DNA of 64,000 nucleotides from the human T2T-CHM13v2.0 reference genome, Homo sapiens, in assembly GCF_009914755.1 (NCBI RefSeq), contig NC_060930.1. The stretch is one strand, 5' to 3'. The position numbers and the translations under genes are program-made. Shown in pieces: positions 1-12,500 of this stretch. Each line of letters opens with the position of its first letter. Position 1 is the stretch's first letter. The notes under the pieces are model-generated. The model had not been told where the DNA came from and did no database searches. It worked only from the letters and a program-made list of their open reading frames with translations.

Positions 1-562
1 TCCCTTCCTCTTCCAGGTCCTCCGTCCAGAATTCACCTTCTGAAAGACTGGGGTGCACACCACACACAACATTCCTGGGATTCATGGGAAATAAATGTGC
101 TCATCTCTTAGGACTAAGAAGGAGAGAACATCATTCCTGCTCTGCAGCTCAGTAAGAATTCCAAAATGTTGATGGAAGAAAGGGGATCAGAAGAGAAGTT
201 TGCAGGGGATGCCTAGGGTTGAAGAGTCCCTTCTTTTTGCTTTCTCTTGTCCCTTCCCCAAAAAGGTCCATAAGAGAAATTCTTCCTGTGCAAAGCTTTA
301 GTGAGCCTGGGGCACGGAGGAGCAAATCTGGAAAGGGTGACCTCCAATGATGACCATGCAAGGGGGAGACGTGCGGGGGAGGACGTGGAGGAAGGAGATG
401 GGCAGGGGAGGACGAGGAAGGGAGGATGTGAAGGAGGAACCTAGAGGAGGGACTGGATGAGGACGTGGATTAGGGATAAAGATGAAGGACAAGGAGGGTG
501 GGCATGGAGGACAAAAATGGAGCAATGTCATGAAAGGAGGGACATGGTAAGGGTTTTTCTTA

Positions 563-2790
563 CTGTGAGTCTCGTGGAGAGGGTCTCTTACTGTGAACAT
601 CAAAGTGTGGGTCTCCATCACTGTGAGCCTTGTGGACAGGGTCACCATCATTGTGAGACTCATGGACAGGGTCTTCATCACTGTGAGCCTCGTGGAGAGG
701 GTGTCGATCACTGTGAGCCTCCTGGAGAAGGTCTCCATCACTGTGAGCCTCCTGGAGAGGGTCTCCATCACTGTGAGCCTCATGGAGAGGGTCTCCATCA
801 CTGTGAGCCTCATGGAGAAGGTCTCCATCACTGTGAGCCCCCTGGAGAAGGTCTCCATCACTGTGAGCCTCCTGGAGAAGGTCTCCATCACTGTGAATCT
901 CCTGGAGAGGGTCTCCATCACTGTGAGCCTCGTGGAGAGGGTCTCCATCACCGTGAGCCTCATGGACAGGGTCTCCATCACCGTGAGCCTCGTGGACAGG
1001 GTCTCCATCACCGTGAGCCTCGAGAACAGGGTCTCCATCACTGTGAACCTCATGGAGAAGGTCTTCATCACTGTGAGCCTCATGGAGAAGGTTTCCATCA
1101 CTGTGAGCCTCGTGGAGAGGATCTCCATCACTGTGAGCCTCGTGGACAGGGTCTCCATCACTGTGAGCCTCGTGGAGAGGATCTCCATCACTGTGAGCCT
1201 CGTGGACAGGGTCTCCATCACTGTGAACCTCATTTAAAAGGTTTTCATCACTGTGAGCCTCATGGAGAAGGTCTCCATCACTGTGAGCCTCATGGAGAAG
1301 GTCTCCATCACTGTGAGCCTCGTGGAGAGGATTTCCATCACTGTGAGCCTCGTGGACAGGGTCTCCATCACCGTGAGCCTTGTGGAGAAGGTCTCCATCA
1401 CTGCGAGCCTCATAGAGAAGGACTTCATCACTGTGATCCTCCTGGAGAGGTTTCCCATCACTGCGAACCTCGTGGACAGGGTCTCCATCACCGTGAGCCT
1501 TGTGGAGAAGGTCTCCATCACCGTGAGCATTGTGGACAGGGTCTCCATCACCGTGAGCCTTGTGGAGAAGGTCTCCATCACTGTGAGCCTTGTGGACAGG
1601 CTCTCCATCACTGTGAGCCTTGTGGACAGGGACTCCATCACTGTGAGCCTCGTGGACAGGGTCTCCATCACTGTGAGCCTCGTGGAGAGGGTCTCCATCA
1701 CTTTGAGACTCGTGGAGAAGGTCTCCATCACTGTGAGCCTCCTGGAAAGGGTCTCCATCACTGTGAGCCTCGTGGAGAAGGTCTCCATCACTGTGAGCCT
1801 CCTGGAGAGTGTCTCCATCACTGTGAACCTCGTGGAGAGGATCTCCATCACTGTGAGCCTCGTGGACAGGGTCTCCATCACTGTGAGCCTCGTGGAGAGG
1901 GTCTCCATCACTGTCAGCCTCGTAGACAGGTTCTCCATCACTGTGAGCCTCGTGGAGAAGGTCTCCCTCACTATGATCCTCCTGGAGAGGGTCTCCATCA
2001 CTATGAGCCTTGTAGACAGGGTCTCCATCACTGTGAGCCTGGTGGAGAGGGTCTCCATCACTGTCAGCCTTGTAGACAGGTTCTCCATCACTGTGAGCGT
2101 CGTGGAGAAGGTCTCCATCACTGTCAGCCTTTTAGACAGGTTCTCCATCACTGTGAGCCTCGTGGAGAAGGTCTCTCTCACTGTGATCCTCCTGGAGAGG
2201 ATCTCCATCACTGTGAGCCTTGTGGACAGGGTCTCCATCACTGTGAGCCTCGTGGAGAAGGTCTTCATCACTGTGAGCCTCGTGGAGAGGGTCTCCATCA
2301 CTGTGAGCCTCGTGGACAGGGTCTCCATCACTGTGAGCCTCGTGGAGAAGGTCTTCATCACTGTGAGCCTCCTGGAGAGGGTCTCCATGACTGTGAGCCT
2401 CGTGGACAGGGTCTCCATCACTGTGAGCCTCGTGGAGAAGGTCTTCATCACTGTGAGCCTCCTGGAGAGGGTCTCCATCACTGTGAGCCTTGTGGAGAAG
2501 GTCTCCATCACTGTGAGCCTCCTGGAGAGGGTCTCCATCACTGTGAGCCTCGTGGACAGGGTCTCCATCACTGTGAGCCTCGTGGACAGGGTCTCCATCA
2601 CTGCGAGCCTCGTGGACAGGGTCTCCATCACTGCGAGCCTCGTGGATAGGGTCTCCATCGCTGTGAGCCTCGTGGAGAAGGTCTTCATCACTGTGAGCCT
2701 TGTGGACAGGGTCTCCATCACTGTGAGCCTCGTGGACAGGGTCTCCCTCACTGTGAGCCCCACAGAGAGGGTCTCTTTCACCATGAGCTC
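563..2790. repeat. 30-bp minisatellite/VNTR, about 74 units (consensus CTGTGAGCCTCGTGGAGAGGGTCTCCATCA)
   Basis: Units stay in exact 30-nt register from about 611 to 2790 with substitutions only; one shortened unit at about 563-590. Four of six frames have no stop in the consensus unit. Confidence 0.97.
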
Positions 2791-4074
2791 CTTTGTGAGG
2801 GTGTGCAATTCTTTTGGTATAATCTTGCATATTTTACTCCTAGTTACCAGTTTCTTTAATTAGGAACTTTCCTGAGCTCCTGCCTGTGGCCTGGGTTGCT
2901 TGCAGCTTCCACTCTCTTTTAGTGCCTTTGTTTTTTGGGGAATCAGTGGCTCAGTGTCCTTCTGAGGGACTTGGCTTCTTTGTTTACGTTGCTTGTGTGG
3001 CCTGGGATGCACACTCTCAGCTCCCTACGGCTCATTTCCTCTTTCTTCAGGGAAGGGATTACCCCTCCATGTCTGCTGGGCTCTTTCCACCCTTTAATTC
3101 TGAACATCATTCCCCGTCCTTTTAAACAGCAACTCAGAAGCCTCAAGATGGCTTCGTGGAGGCTGGAGCCATGCATGGATTGTATCCTTGGCCGGAAATG
3201 CCTCCTTCCTGACCTGCTGGGCCCCTCCTGTTGTGGGTGCTGTCTATCTGTGGCCCAGGGCTGGGCTCCTCACCGTGTCTGGGAAGCTGAGTGCTGTATC
3301 CACGTAGTTTCAGACTCACAGAAAGGGGCCTTGGTCTGGAGGGCACTGAGTTTACAGGAACGAGCCATCTGACGGCCAGGTGAGACTGCCGGTTCTGACA
3401 GGGCCACCTTCTGTGGCATGGAGGCCTCCATGCCCTGGACTTAATTTCCATGGAGGAAGAGAATTAGGATGGTTCTGAGCAGCTTGGGGATCTCTCTCCA
3501 CACCACATGCATTTGCAAATGCTCTCTTCTGTATATGGATCCTGGACGGAAGACGTTCAGGTCTCCTGACCCTGCAGGGCAGTGTGGGGACCCCTAGCCA
3601 CATCCCTGCATCCCTTGGCCAGCGTTGGCCCTGCTCTGTGTCTAGTGGCCACCGGCAGCATCTATGGCTTTGTGGGAAATGGGGTGGAACAATGTCTCAT
3701 GGGATCTGAAGCTCCTAATTTTATTTTTTTATTGTGTCATAAGCCTGTATTTTGGTAGGAAAAGATACAGAAGTTGTTTCAATGAGCTCCTTTCATCTCC
3801 ACTGCTTTGGGGATTCATGCTGTGGTGCCGTTTTATGCCCTGTAATGAAACTGTGTGGAGTGGACGAGAACGCCCCTGGGAGGTGCCTTCGGAAAGGCAG
3901 CCGGGTCCACCTTCCAATCTTGCATGCGGTTCCGGGACCCTGCATCCCTCTTAAAGCTTGGGTCACATCAGTAAATGCACAGAATCCTGAAGAAAGGTAG
4001 TGACCGGCCACTCCACGCTTCACTCAGGCGAAACCTGGAGTGCTGTGCTCAGCTTTGGCTGATATGTGTTAGAA

Positions 4075-4406
4075 CAGGGACCCCCAGCTCCCGGGACAGG
4101 CCGGTACCATCCATGGCCTGTTAGGGTCCGGGCTGCGCAGCAGGAGGTGAGTGGTGGGCGAGCGAGCGTTCCCACCTGAGCCCCTACTCCTGTTAGATCA
4201 GAGGCAGCATTCGATTCTCAGAGGAGTGTGAACCCTACTGTGCATGGCACATGCCAGGGATTTAGGCTGCGGGCTCCTTATGGGAATCAAAGTCTGATGA
4301 TCTGAGGTAGCAGTTTCATCCCGAAATCATTTCCCCCGCCCACCGTGCATGAAAAATCGTCTTCCAAGAAACCAGTCCCTGGAGCCAAAAAGGTTGGGGC
4401 CTGCTG
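4075..4406 (+). mobile_element. MER1B-like hAT-Charlie DNA transposon
   Basis: Termini CAGGGACCCCC...GGTTGGGGCCTGCTG and internal blocks (CAGGAGGTGAG, AGATCAGAGGCAGCATTCGATTCTCA, CTGATGATCTGAGGT, AAACCAGTCCCTGG) match the recalled consensus. Confidence 0.9.
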
Positions 4407-4749
4407 TGTTCAAGGACATCGTCAGTTTCTTGGGGATGGGACTGTGTTGTCCTCGTTCACCAAAGGGTCCCCCACACCTAAAATACTGCCGGCACAGAGA
4501 TGCCTGCTAACTCACTTCTGCATTAATTCAGGGTATTCAAACCATGGTTTCTGATCATCTGCTATGTGCTGGGCAATGTCGTAGGTCCCAAGACACAATC
4601 ATAAATAAAAGATACAGGATGATGATGCCTGGACCACAGGAGCATGCTCAGAAGACAGAATGAGGAAATGCAACCCTTTCTCATGATGGAGGCTCGAAGG
4701 GTTGAGAACAGGTGGCTTAGAGAAAAAAAAAAGGCTTGAAGAGAATCAA

Positions 4750-5187
4750 ATTAGGGCTCTCCAGAAAAACAGAACCAACAGGGTGTATGTGTGTATGTGT
4801 GAGAGAAAGAGAAAGAGAGAGAGGCAGAGAGAGAGAGAGAAAGAAAGAAACATTTTAAGGAAGTGTCTCCTGTGATTGTCAGGGCTGGCATGTTTGAATT
4901 CTACAGGGCGGCCCGGCAGGCTGGAGACCCAGGAAGAGGCAACACTGCAGCTGGAGTCTAAAGGCCTCTGAAGGCCGAAGTCCTTCTTCCTCCAGGAACC
5001 TCAGTCTTTTCTTGTAGTCCTTCACCTGATTGGACAAGGCCCACCCATACTTCGGAGGGTCATCTGCTTTACTCAAAATCAACTGATTTAAATACTGATC
5101 TAATCTAAAAACACCTTCACAGCAACCTGTCTGGCCAAACACTGGCACTGTGGCCCAGCCAAGTGGGTGCATAACATTAGCCATGCA
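4750..5187 (-). mobile_element. MLT2-family (ERVL) LTR
   Basis: TTAGGGCTCTCCAGAAAAACAGAACCAACAGG plus a (GA)n tract, CTGATTGGACAAGGCCCACCCA and ATCTGCTTTACTCAAAATCAACTGATTTAAAT are typical of MLT2. Confidence 0.85.
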
Positions 5188-7140
5188 GGGTGGACAGGCC
5201 TCTCCACAGCCCAGAGGCGGGTGACTAAATTAAAAACAAACAAAAAAACCAATTGCGGAGAAACCCAGGGTAGGGATGATCAGCAGGATGGTACATTTCA
5301 TCTCTGCTGGTCATTTCAACTTTGCTCACCACACACTTTCCCCTCTCGCTGGCAGGGCCAGGGGACGAACGAAGGCCATGTTCCGAGGTTGTCATGAGTT
5401 GAAAAGTCTTTTCGGGTTACGGAAATCAGCTAAATGAACACTTTTGAAATGGGGCTGCACTAATCCAATGATTGTTCACCTCTGAAACCAGCCTGGCTCC
5501 TCTGTCATGCGGAGACATGAGGTGACTCTGAGTCCTGTCAGAGACACTCACACTCCTGCAACACCAGCCCCAGCCCAGGGCCTCTTACAGAAACGCGTGT
5601 GGAGGAGAGGGGATGGAGAAGGGTGCTGTCCCCTGGGCCCCTTGGCAAGTGGCTAGTGGAGCTCAGAACCGAAGGGTTGATTTTGCCTGAAAATTCACCA
5701 AGGAGCCCCCATAGAGGGTGGGAACTGATGGGCACAGAGGAGGCCCAGGAGGTCCTGGCCACGTGCAGAAGCTTGGGTGACCCAGGGCACAGATCTCGCC
5801 CACTGAAATGTCAGCTTCTGGGGTCACCGCACCTGAGCCACCAGGAGCCTAGGCCATGGGGTTCGGTTTCTGCTTCTCAGAGGAAACAGATCCTGGCTCT
5901 ATGGCTGGCACCAACACAGCTCATGCCCTGCCCTGACTAGGCCAATGACTTGTGCCTGGGGCTGGACTCAGCCCTGCCCCTGGCACTGAAAGGGGGCAGC
6001 AGCCCAAGAGAGGCGGCGCTCAGAGAGGCCAGGGCTGGCGGGACATGCTCCTGAGAGAAGCCCCATCTCTCTCCCTCCACAGAAACAAAACCAATCTCTT
6101 GATAGAGCCACCGCAGTTCCGCTGTGTCCTGGACGCAGCAGCCCGGCTCCCACACCCACCCCGGCCTACCCTGGCTGACGCTACCCACACCTTCTGGTTG
6201 CCCAGCCCAATGGCTGCTTTCCAGGCTTTTGACCTCTGTGGCTCTTGAGATTGTGGTCACCATCTTCCAAATAACCTCCTCCCTCCCTGTAACCATCAAG
6301 AAGGCAGAGGCCACCTCAGATATTTCAAAGAGCCTTCCCTGAGAGGGGAACCAGCCACACAGGTGTTCAGATGCGGAGGCCCTGTGGCCTGGGGAGAGGG
6401 GCCGCTGCAGGGATCGTGTTGGCCTGTGGGTCTCCTAGAGCCATCCTCGGGGCTACACCCATGATGCTGCCACACAAACGGGCCTCCACGCATTCCACTT
6501 TCCCACTTCCGTGGTGTCTCTGTTGGCAGCACTGACTTCGAATGCCACCATCAAAGGGGGTGGGGGCTGGATGCCTCCATCGGGAGAGCCCCATGGTCTT
6601 GGTGGGCAGCTTCTTCCCTGCGTCACCCTGTCCTCTTGTTCTCCCAGGCGGCGTTGCAGCTGGGCCCTCACTGGGGCATTCCACTGCAAGGGGAGTCTGT
6701 GGGCTTCCTTGAGCCTTTCCACCCACCTGGGCAGCCCAGGGCCTCCCTGCCTCTCCCTGTGGGTTTCCCTCCAGGGCTTCCCTCCACCTCGTGGTCATCT
6801 CATGTCCATGACTCTCGATGTGTTTCCTTCGCCAGTTCTCGACACAGGACTCCAGGACACGTTCAAGGGTCTACAGGTCACAGTGACTCAACGTATCCAA
6901 GCAGAACCCTGCGAATTCCATGACACAGATCCTCTCCACGTCCTGCAGGCCCTCTCCTCTCTGGCCTGGATAATTGTGGGAGCTGTCTCCTCTCCCTTCA
7001 GGCCTGTCCTAATGACATGCACTTTCTACTCTGTAGCAACAGTGAGTCCCCCAAACAAGAGTCTGATCATGTCACTCCCTTACTTGATCCCTTCCACAGA
7101 TAACCATTGTTGTTAAGATAAATTCAGCCCATTTGCAGCA

Positions 7141-7411
7141 ATGGCCTCCCTCTCAGCCGTCCAGCTCACCGTTGACTGGTCCCTGTGGTCTCCCTGTCCA
7201 TGCTTACTTGTCCCCCGTGGTTCTCCTTCCATCCGTCCAGCTGACCCTTGACTGGTTCCCATGGTCTCCCTCCCACCCATCCAGCTCACCTTTGACTGGT
7301 CCCCATGGTCTCTCTGCCCATGCTTACTGGTCCCACATGGTTCTCCTTCCTGTCCATCCAGCTGACCCCTGACTGGCTCCCATGGTCTCCCTCCCGCCCG
7401 TCCAGCTCACC
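7141..7411. repeat. About 120-bp tandem repeat, 2.3 copies
   Basis: ATGG(C/T)CTCCCTC...CCAGCTCACC recurs at 7141, 7261 and 7382. Confidence 0.85.
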
Positions 7412-8029
7412 CTGGGTGGGCTTCCTGGCCTCTGCACTCTGGCCATGCTGATCCTCCTTTATCTGCTCAACTCCACATGCCCTTTTCTGGCCCCTCATCT
7501 TGGTCTGGATGACCCTTCTCACTGACTTCTCATCATTTAGTTTGTGCTAAGAAACCACTTTCTCCAGGGACCCCGGTTTGGCCCCCGGTTTTGGGTGTGT
7601 GTCGCTCCCTGTGAATGCCTGGGCCTGTGCTGCCCCTCACCACTGAGTTATCGCGCCCCACTGTGGCCTTGGGTTGCCTGTGCCATCCGCAGACGGGCAG
7701 TACCTGTGGGCACCATTGGGGTCTGTCTTGCCCTCGGCCCTGCACAGACACCTGGCTCGTAGCACTCAGCAGGTGGTAAGGAGTTCTGGGTATTAAGCTC
7801 AGAAATGAATGAATGAATAGGAAGAGGGCCAGGTTGTTGAGAATTCTGTTTCGTGAAAGAACAAGGGTGTTTTGTTGTTATTGTTTTTTGTTTCGAGACC
7901 AGGCCAAGGTGCTTAGCTCAGGTCTCATCTTCTCCATTAGGTTTTCCTTGAGCTCCTGGACTGAGCAGAGTGCTCTTCCCAGGGGTCATCATAGGACCTC
8001 ACATAGGCCCTGCCGCAGCCCTTTCAACT

Positions 8030-8180
8030 TTATATTTGTCCTTCATCAGTGTCATCTATCATCATTATCTATCATATCTCCATGACTTGTCTGTCATCGT
8101 TCCATGTATCTATCATTTGTCTGTTTATCTACCGTGCGTCTGTCATCATTATTGTCATCTCTCTGTCTACCCATCCATAG
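8030..8180. repeat. Degenerate (TATC/TCAT/TGTC)n low-complexity tract
   Basis: Direct inspection. Confidence 0.75.
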
Positions 8181-8464
8181 TCTGTGTGAAGCCACATACT
8201 CTCCTTCCCTGAGAGGGTTTCTTACTCATTCTTGAAACTTCTAGTCTCCCCCACAGAGCCGATACCCAGTGAATGCTTATCCGTGACAGTCGCCCACATC
8301 CTGGGGATTTGCTGTGTTTCAGAGTCTGTCATGTGGGAGAGGAACTCTAGTTTCTGTACGATCCCAATCGATGAGCCAAGATCTAGAGGTAGAAACCACA
8401 GGAACGTTCCAGCTGGCAGCAAGCTCCAGACACGGAATGAGCTTCTTCAGGGAGAAGAAGCTGC

Positions 8465-8600
8465 CCTGCCAGGCGGAGTGCGGAGGAGGCCGCCATTTTC
8501 ATTTTCAGGCGAGGGAGCTCAGGCCAGCGTGGGGCGCCGGCAGGTGACGCCACGCAGCGCCCCGCCCCGCCCCCTGCTGAGCGCCCCGCCGTGAGGATCC
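8465..8600. promoter_or_regulatory. Small CpG-rich promoter-like element with YY1, CRE-like and Sp1/KLF sites
   Basis: Local CpG cluster; GCCGCCATTTT (YY1; AAAATGGCGGC on -) at 8489-8499; GTGACGCCA at 8544-8552; CCCCGCCCCGCCCC at 8560-8573. Confidence 0.7.
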
Positions 8601-9010
8601 GCTCCAGCCTCTCCTTCCTCTGAGGAAGGCGGTGATGCTGTCTGTGCATGGGTCTGACCCTCTCCTGAGCAGGCCCGGGAGTCCGGCTATCTGTTAGGCC
8701 TGGCCCCCAGCCCGGGGCTCACCTGCTGGAGGCACCTTCTGGAAGCTGAAGTTTCCTGCTGCACATCGCTCTGCTGAGGCCCTGTGGGGAGGGCAGCGCC
8801 GGTTTTTCAGGCAGCGATAGAAGGGCTAACAATGGGGGGAAGTGCCTCGTTGACCTGCTTTCTTTCCTAGTTATCACTAAGAAAACAGGCTCCGTGGAAG
8901 CTGGGGTTATCTCAAAGGCTGCTCCATGAGTGGGGGATGAGGGCGTCCGCTCTCCTGGAAATGCTCAGGTCCGGCCTCTGCCCCAGGGTGAGCCACGGCC
9001 CGGGCTGCAG

Positions 9011-9200
9011 GCTGAGAGAGAGAGGGATTTCACTTCAAATTGAGAGGGGGGTTTTCGTTTTATTTCCGGTCATGAGAACACTTTTCTGACCTCAGGGAAG
9101 ATCACGTTTTTTGACTCTCCTGTCCTGACACCTTCCTAAAGCCTTGCTCAACTTGCAGATGGACCCTGGGGACTTGGTGCTCAGTTTGCGGATGGAACCC
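9011..9200 (+). pseudogene. Candidate exon relic (..GFRFISGHENTFLTSGKITFFDSPV..), frameshifted
   Basis: ctgcag| at 9010; strand-like xSGxIxF pattern echoed at about 42935 (IAGELRY) and 48420 (VSGQLTF); no clear donor. Confidence 0.3.
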
Positions 9201-9589
9201 CCTCCCCGTCTGGGGGTTTGGCGAAAACGCAGACTCTTGGGTCCTGCCCTTCCTTCAGGCTCCCAGGGTGGCCAGGCAGGGTCCTGGGACAATCTTGACC
9301 CAAACAACCTCTAAGACCTCTGAAGAATTACGGTTGCAGCCCCTCCCCGCTTCCCTGGGCCTCGGGTGGTGAAATCCTACAGATCAAAGGACCAGGGCCT
9401 GGGCGCCCCTCCTGGGCACCGCCTGGGGTCGGAGTGCCCTCCCCAGGGACCCTGGTGGCCCAGACGCTGCCCCGCTGTGCATCTGCCTCTGTCCCGGCTC
9501 CCTGATCACAGGCGCCTTAGGGCTCGCCCATCACCCGGTGAGGATACACAAGACCTGCTGCAACGTGGCTGCGGAAGCAAGGGGGCTAA

Positions 9590-12500
9590 GGGTGATGATG
9601 ATGATGGGGTGACAGTGATGTTGGGGTGATGATGATGATCGGGTGATGATGATGATGGGGTGACAGTGATGTTGGGGTGATGATGATGATGGAGGTGACA
9701 GTGATGTTGGGGTGATGATGATGATGGGGTGACAGTGATGTTGGTGTGATGATGATGATGGGGTGACAGTGATGTTGGGGTGATGATGATGATGGGGTGA
9801 CAGTGATGTTGGTGTGACGATGATGATGGGGTGACAGTGATGTTGGGGTGATGATGATGATGGGGTGACAGTGATGTTGGGGTGATGATGATGATGGGGT
9901 GACAGTGATGTTGGGGTGATGATGATGATCGGGTGATGATGATGATGGGGTGACAGTGATGTTGGGGTGATGATGATGATGGAGGTGACAGTGATGTTGG
10001 GGTGATGATGATGATGGGGTGACAGTGATGTTGGGGTGATGATGATGATGGGGTGACAGTGATGTTGGGGTGATGATGATGATGGGGTGACAGTGATGTT
10101 GGGGTGATGATGATGATCGGGTGATGATGATGATGGGGTGACAGTGATGTTGGGGTGATGATGATGATGGAGGTGACAGTGATGTTGGGGTGATGATGAT
10201 GATGGGGTGACAGTGATGTTGGGGTGATGATGATGATGGGGTGACAGTGATGTTGGGGTGATGATGATGATGGGGTGACAGTGATGTTGGGGTGATGATG
10301 ATGATGGGGTGACAGTGATGTTGGGGTGATGATGATGATGGAGGTAACAGTGATGTTGGGGTGATGATGATGATGGGGTGACAGTGATGTTGGGGTGATG
10401 ATGATGATGGAGGTGACAGTGATGTTGGGGTGATGATGATGATGGGGTGACAGTGATGTTGGTGTGATGATGATGATGGGGTGACAGTGATGTTGGTGTG
10501 ATGATGATGGGGTGACAGTGATGTTGGTGTGATGATGATGATGGGGTGACAGTGATGTTGGTGTGATGATGATGATGGGGTGACAGTGATGTTGGGGTGA
10601 TGATGATGGGGTGACAGTGATGTTGGTGTGACGATGATGATGGGGTGACAGTGATGTTGGGGTGATGATGATGATGGGGTGACAGTGATGTTGGGGTGAT
10701 GATGATGATGGGGTGACAGTGATGTTGGGGTGATGATGATGATCGGGTGATGATGATGATGGGGTGACAGTGATGTTGGGGTGATGATGATGATGGAGGT
10801 GACAGTGATGTTGGGGTGATGATGATGATGGGGTGACAGTGATGTTGGGGTGATGATGATGATGGGGTGACAGTGATGTTGGGGTGATGATGATGATGGG
10901 GTGACAGTGATGTTGGGGTGATGATGATGATCGGGTGATGATGATGATGGGGTGACAGTGATGTTGGGGTGATGATGATGATGGAGGTGACAGTGATGTT
11001 GGGGTGATGATGATGATGGGGTGACAGTGATGTTGGGGTGATGATGATGATGGGGTGACAGTGATGTTGGGGTGATGATGATGATGGGGTGACAGTGATG
11101 TTGGGGTGATGATGATGGGGTGACAGTGATGTTGGGGTGATGATGATGATGGAGGTAACAGTGATGTTGGGGTGATGATGATGATGGGGTGACAGTGATG
11201 TTGGGGTGATGATGATGATGGAGGTGACAGTGATGTTGGGGTGATGATGATGATGGGGTGACAGTGATGTTGGGGTGATGATGATGATGGGGTGACAGTG
11301 ATGTTGGTGTGATGATGATGATGGGGTGACAGTGATGTTGGTGTGATGATGATGATGGGGTGACAGTGATGTTGGTGTGATGATGATGATGGGGTGACTG
11401 TGATGTTGGTGTGATGATGATGATGGGGTGACAGTGATGTTGGGGTGATGATGATGATGGGGTGACAGTGATGTTGGTGTGACGATGATGATGGAGGTGA
11501 CAATGATGTTGGGGTGACGATGATGATGGAGGTGACAGTGATGTTGGGGTGACGATGATGATGGGGTGACAGTGATGTTGGGGTGACGATGATGATCGGG
11601 TGATGATGATGATGGGGTGACAGTGATGTTGGGGTGATGATGATGATGGAGGTGACAGTGATGTTGGGGTGATGATGATGATGGGGTGACAGTGATGTTG
11701 GGGTGATGATGATGATGGGGTGACAGTGATGTTGGGGTGATGATGATGATGGGGTGACAGTGATGTTGGGGTGATGATGATGATCGGGTGATGATGATGA
11801 TGGGGTGACAGTGATGTTGGGGTGATGATGATGATGGAGGTGACAGTGATGTTGGGGTGATGATGATGATGGGGTGACAGTGATGTTGGGGTGATGATGA
11901 TGATGGGGTGACAGTGATGTTGGGGTGATGATGATGATGGGGTGACAGTGATGTTGGGGTGATGATGATGGGGTGACAGTGATGTTGGGGTGATGATGAT
12001 GATGGAGGTAACAGTGATGTTGGGGTGATGATGATGATGGGGTGACAGTGATGTTGGGGTGATGATGATGATGGAGGTGACAGTGATGTTGGGGTGATGA
12101 TGATGATGGGGTGACAGTGATGTTGGTGTGATGATGATGATGGGGTGACAGTGATGTTGGTGTGATGATGATGATGGGGTGACAGTGATGTTGGTGTGAT
12201 GATGATGATGGGGTGACTGTGATGTTGGTGTGATGATGATGATGGGGTGACAGTGATGTTGGGGTGATGATGATGATGGGGTGACAGTGATGTTGGGGTG
12301 ATGATGATGATGGAGGTGACAATGATGTTGGGGTGACGATGATGATGGAGGTGACAGTGATGTTGGGGTGACGATGATGATGGGGTGACAGTGATGTTGG
12401 GGTGACGATGATGATCGGGTGATGATGATGATGGGGTGACAGTGATGTTGGGGTGATGATGATGATGGAGGTGACAGTGATGTTGGGGTGATGATGATGA

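Larger units (their letters stand above)
298..8540 (-). pseudogene. Decayed multi-exon gene relic: exon 1 about 8540-8226, exon 2 7030-6727, large exon about 3571-298 containing the 30-bp VNTR
   Basis: Donor GA|GTAAGA at 8226/8225 (phase 2) joins in frame to acceptor ctcactgttgctacag|A at 7031/7030, giving ..RSFKNE-VESACH*DRPEG..DVERICVMEFAGFCLDTLSHCDL*TLERVLESCVENWRRKHIE. TAG stops at 7011 and 6873. Donor CAG|GTGGGT at 6727/6726 and acceptor cactgccctgcag| at 3572. One frame is open 2859-298 except for TAA at 1236-1234 and ends in a Pro-rich tail. Confidence 0.5.

Noticed and set aside
457-2649. 730-aa (HHCEPRGEGL)n ORF as an intact metal-binding protein on +
   Set aside because: Four frames are open simply from unit composition; there is no + strand promoter or splice context, and the flanks read better on the - strand.
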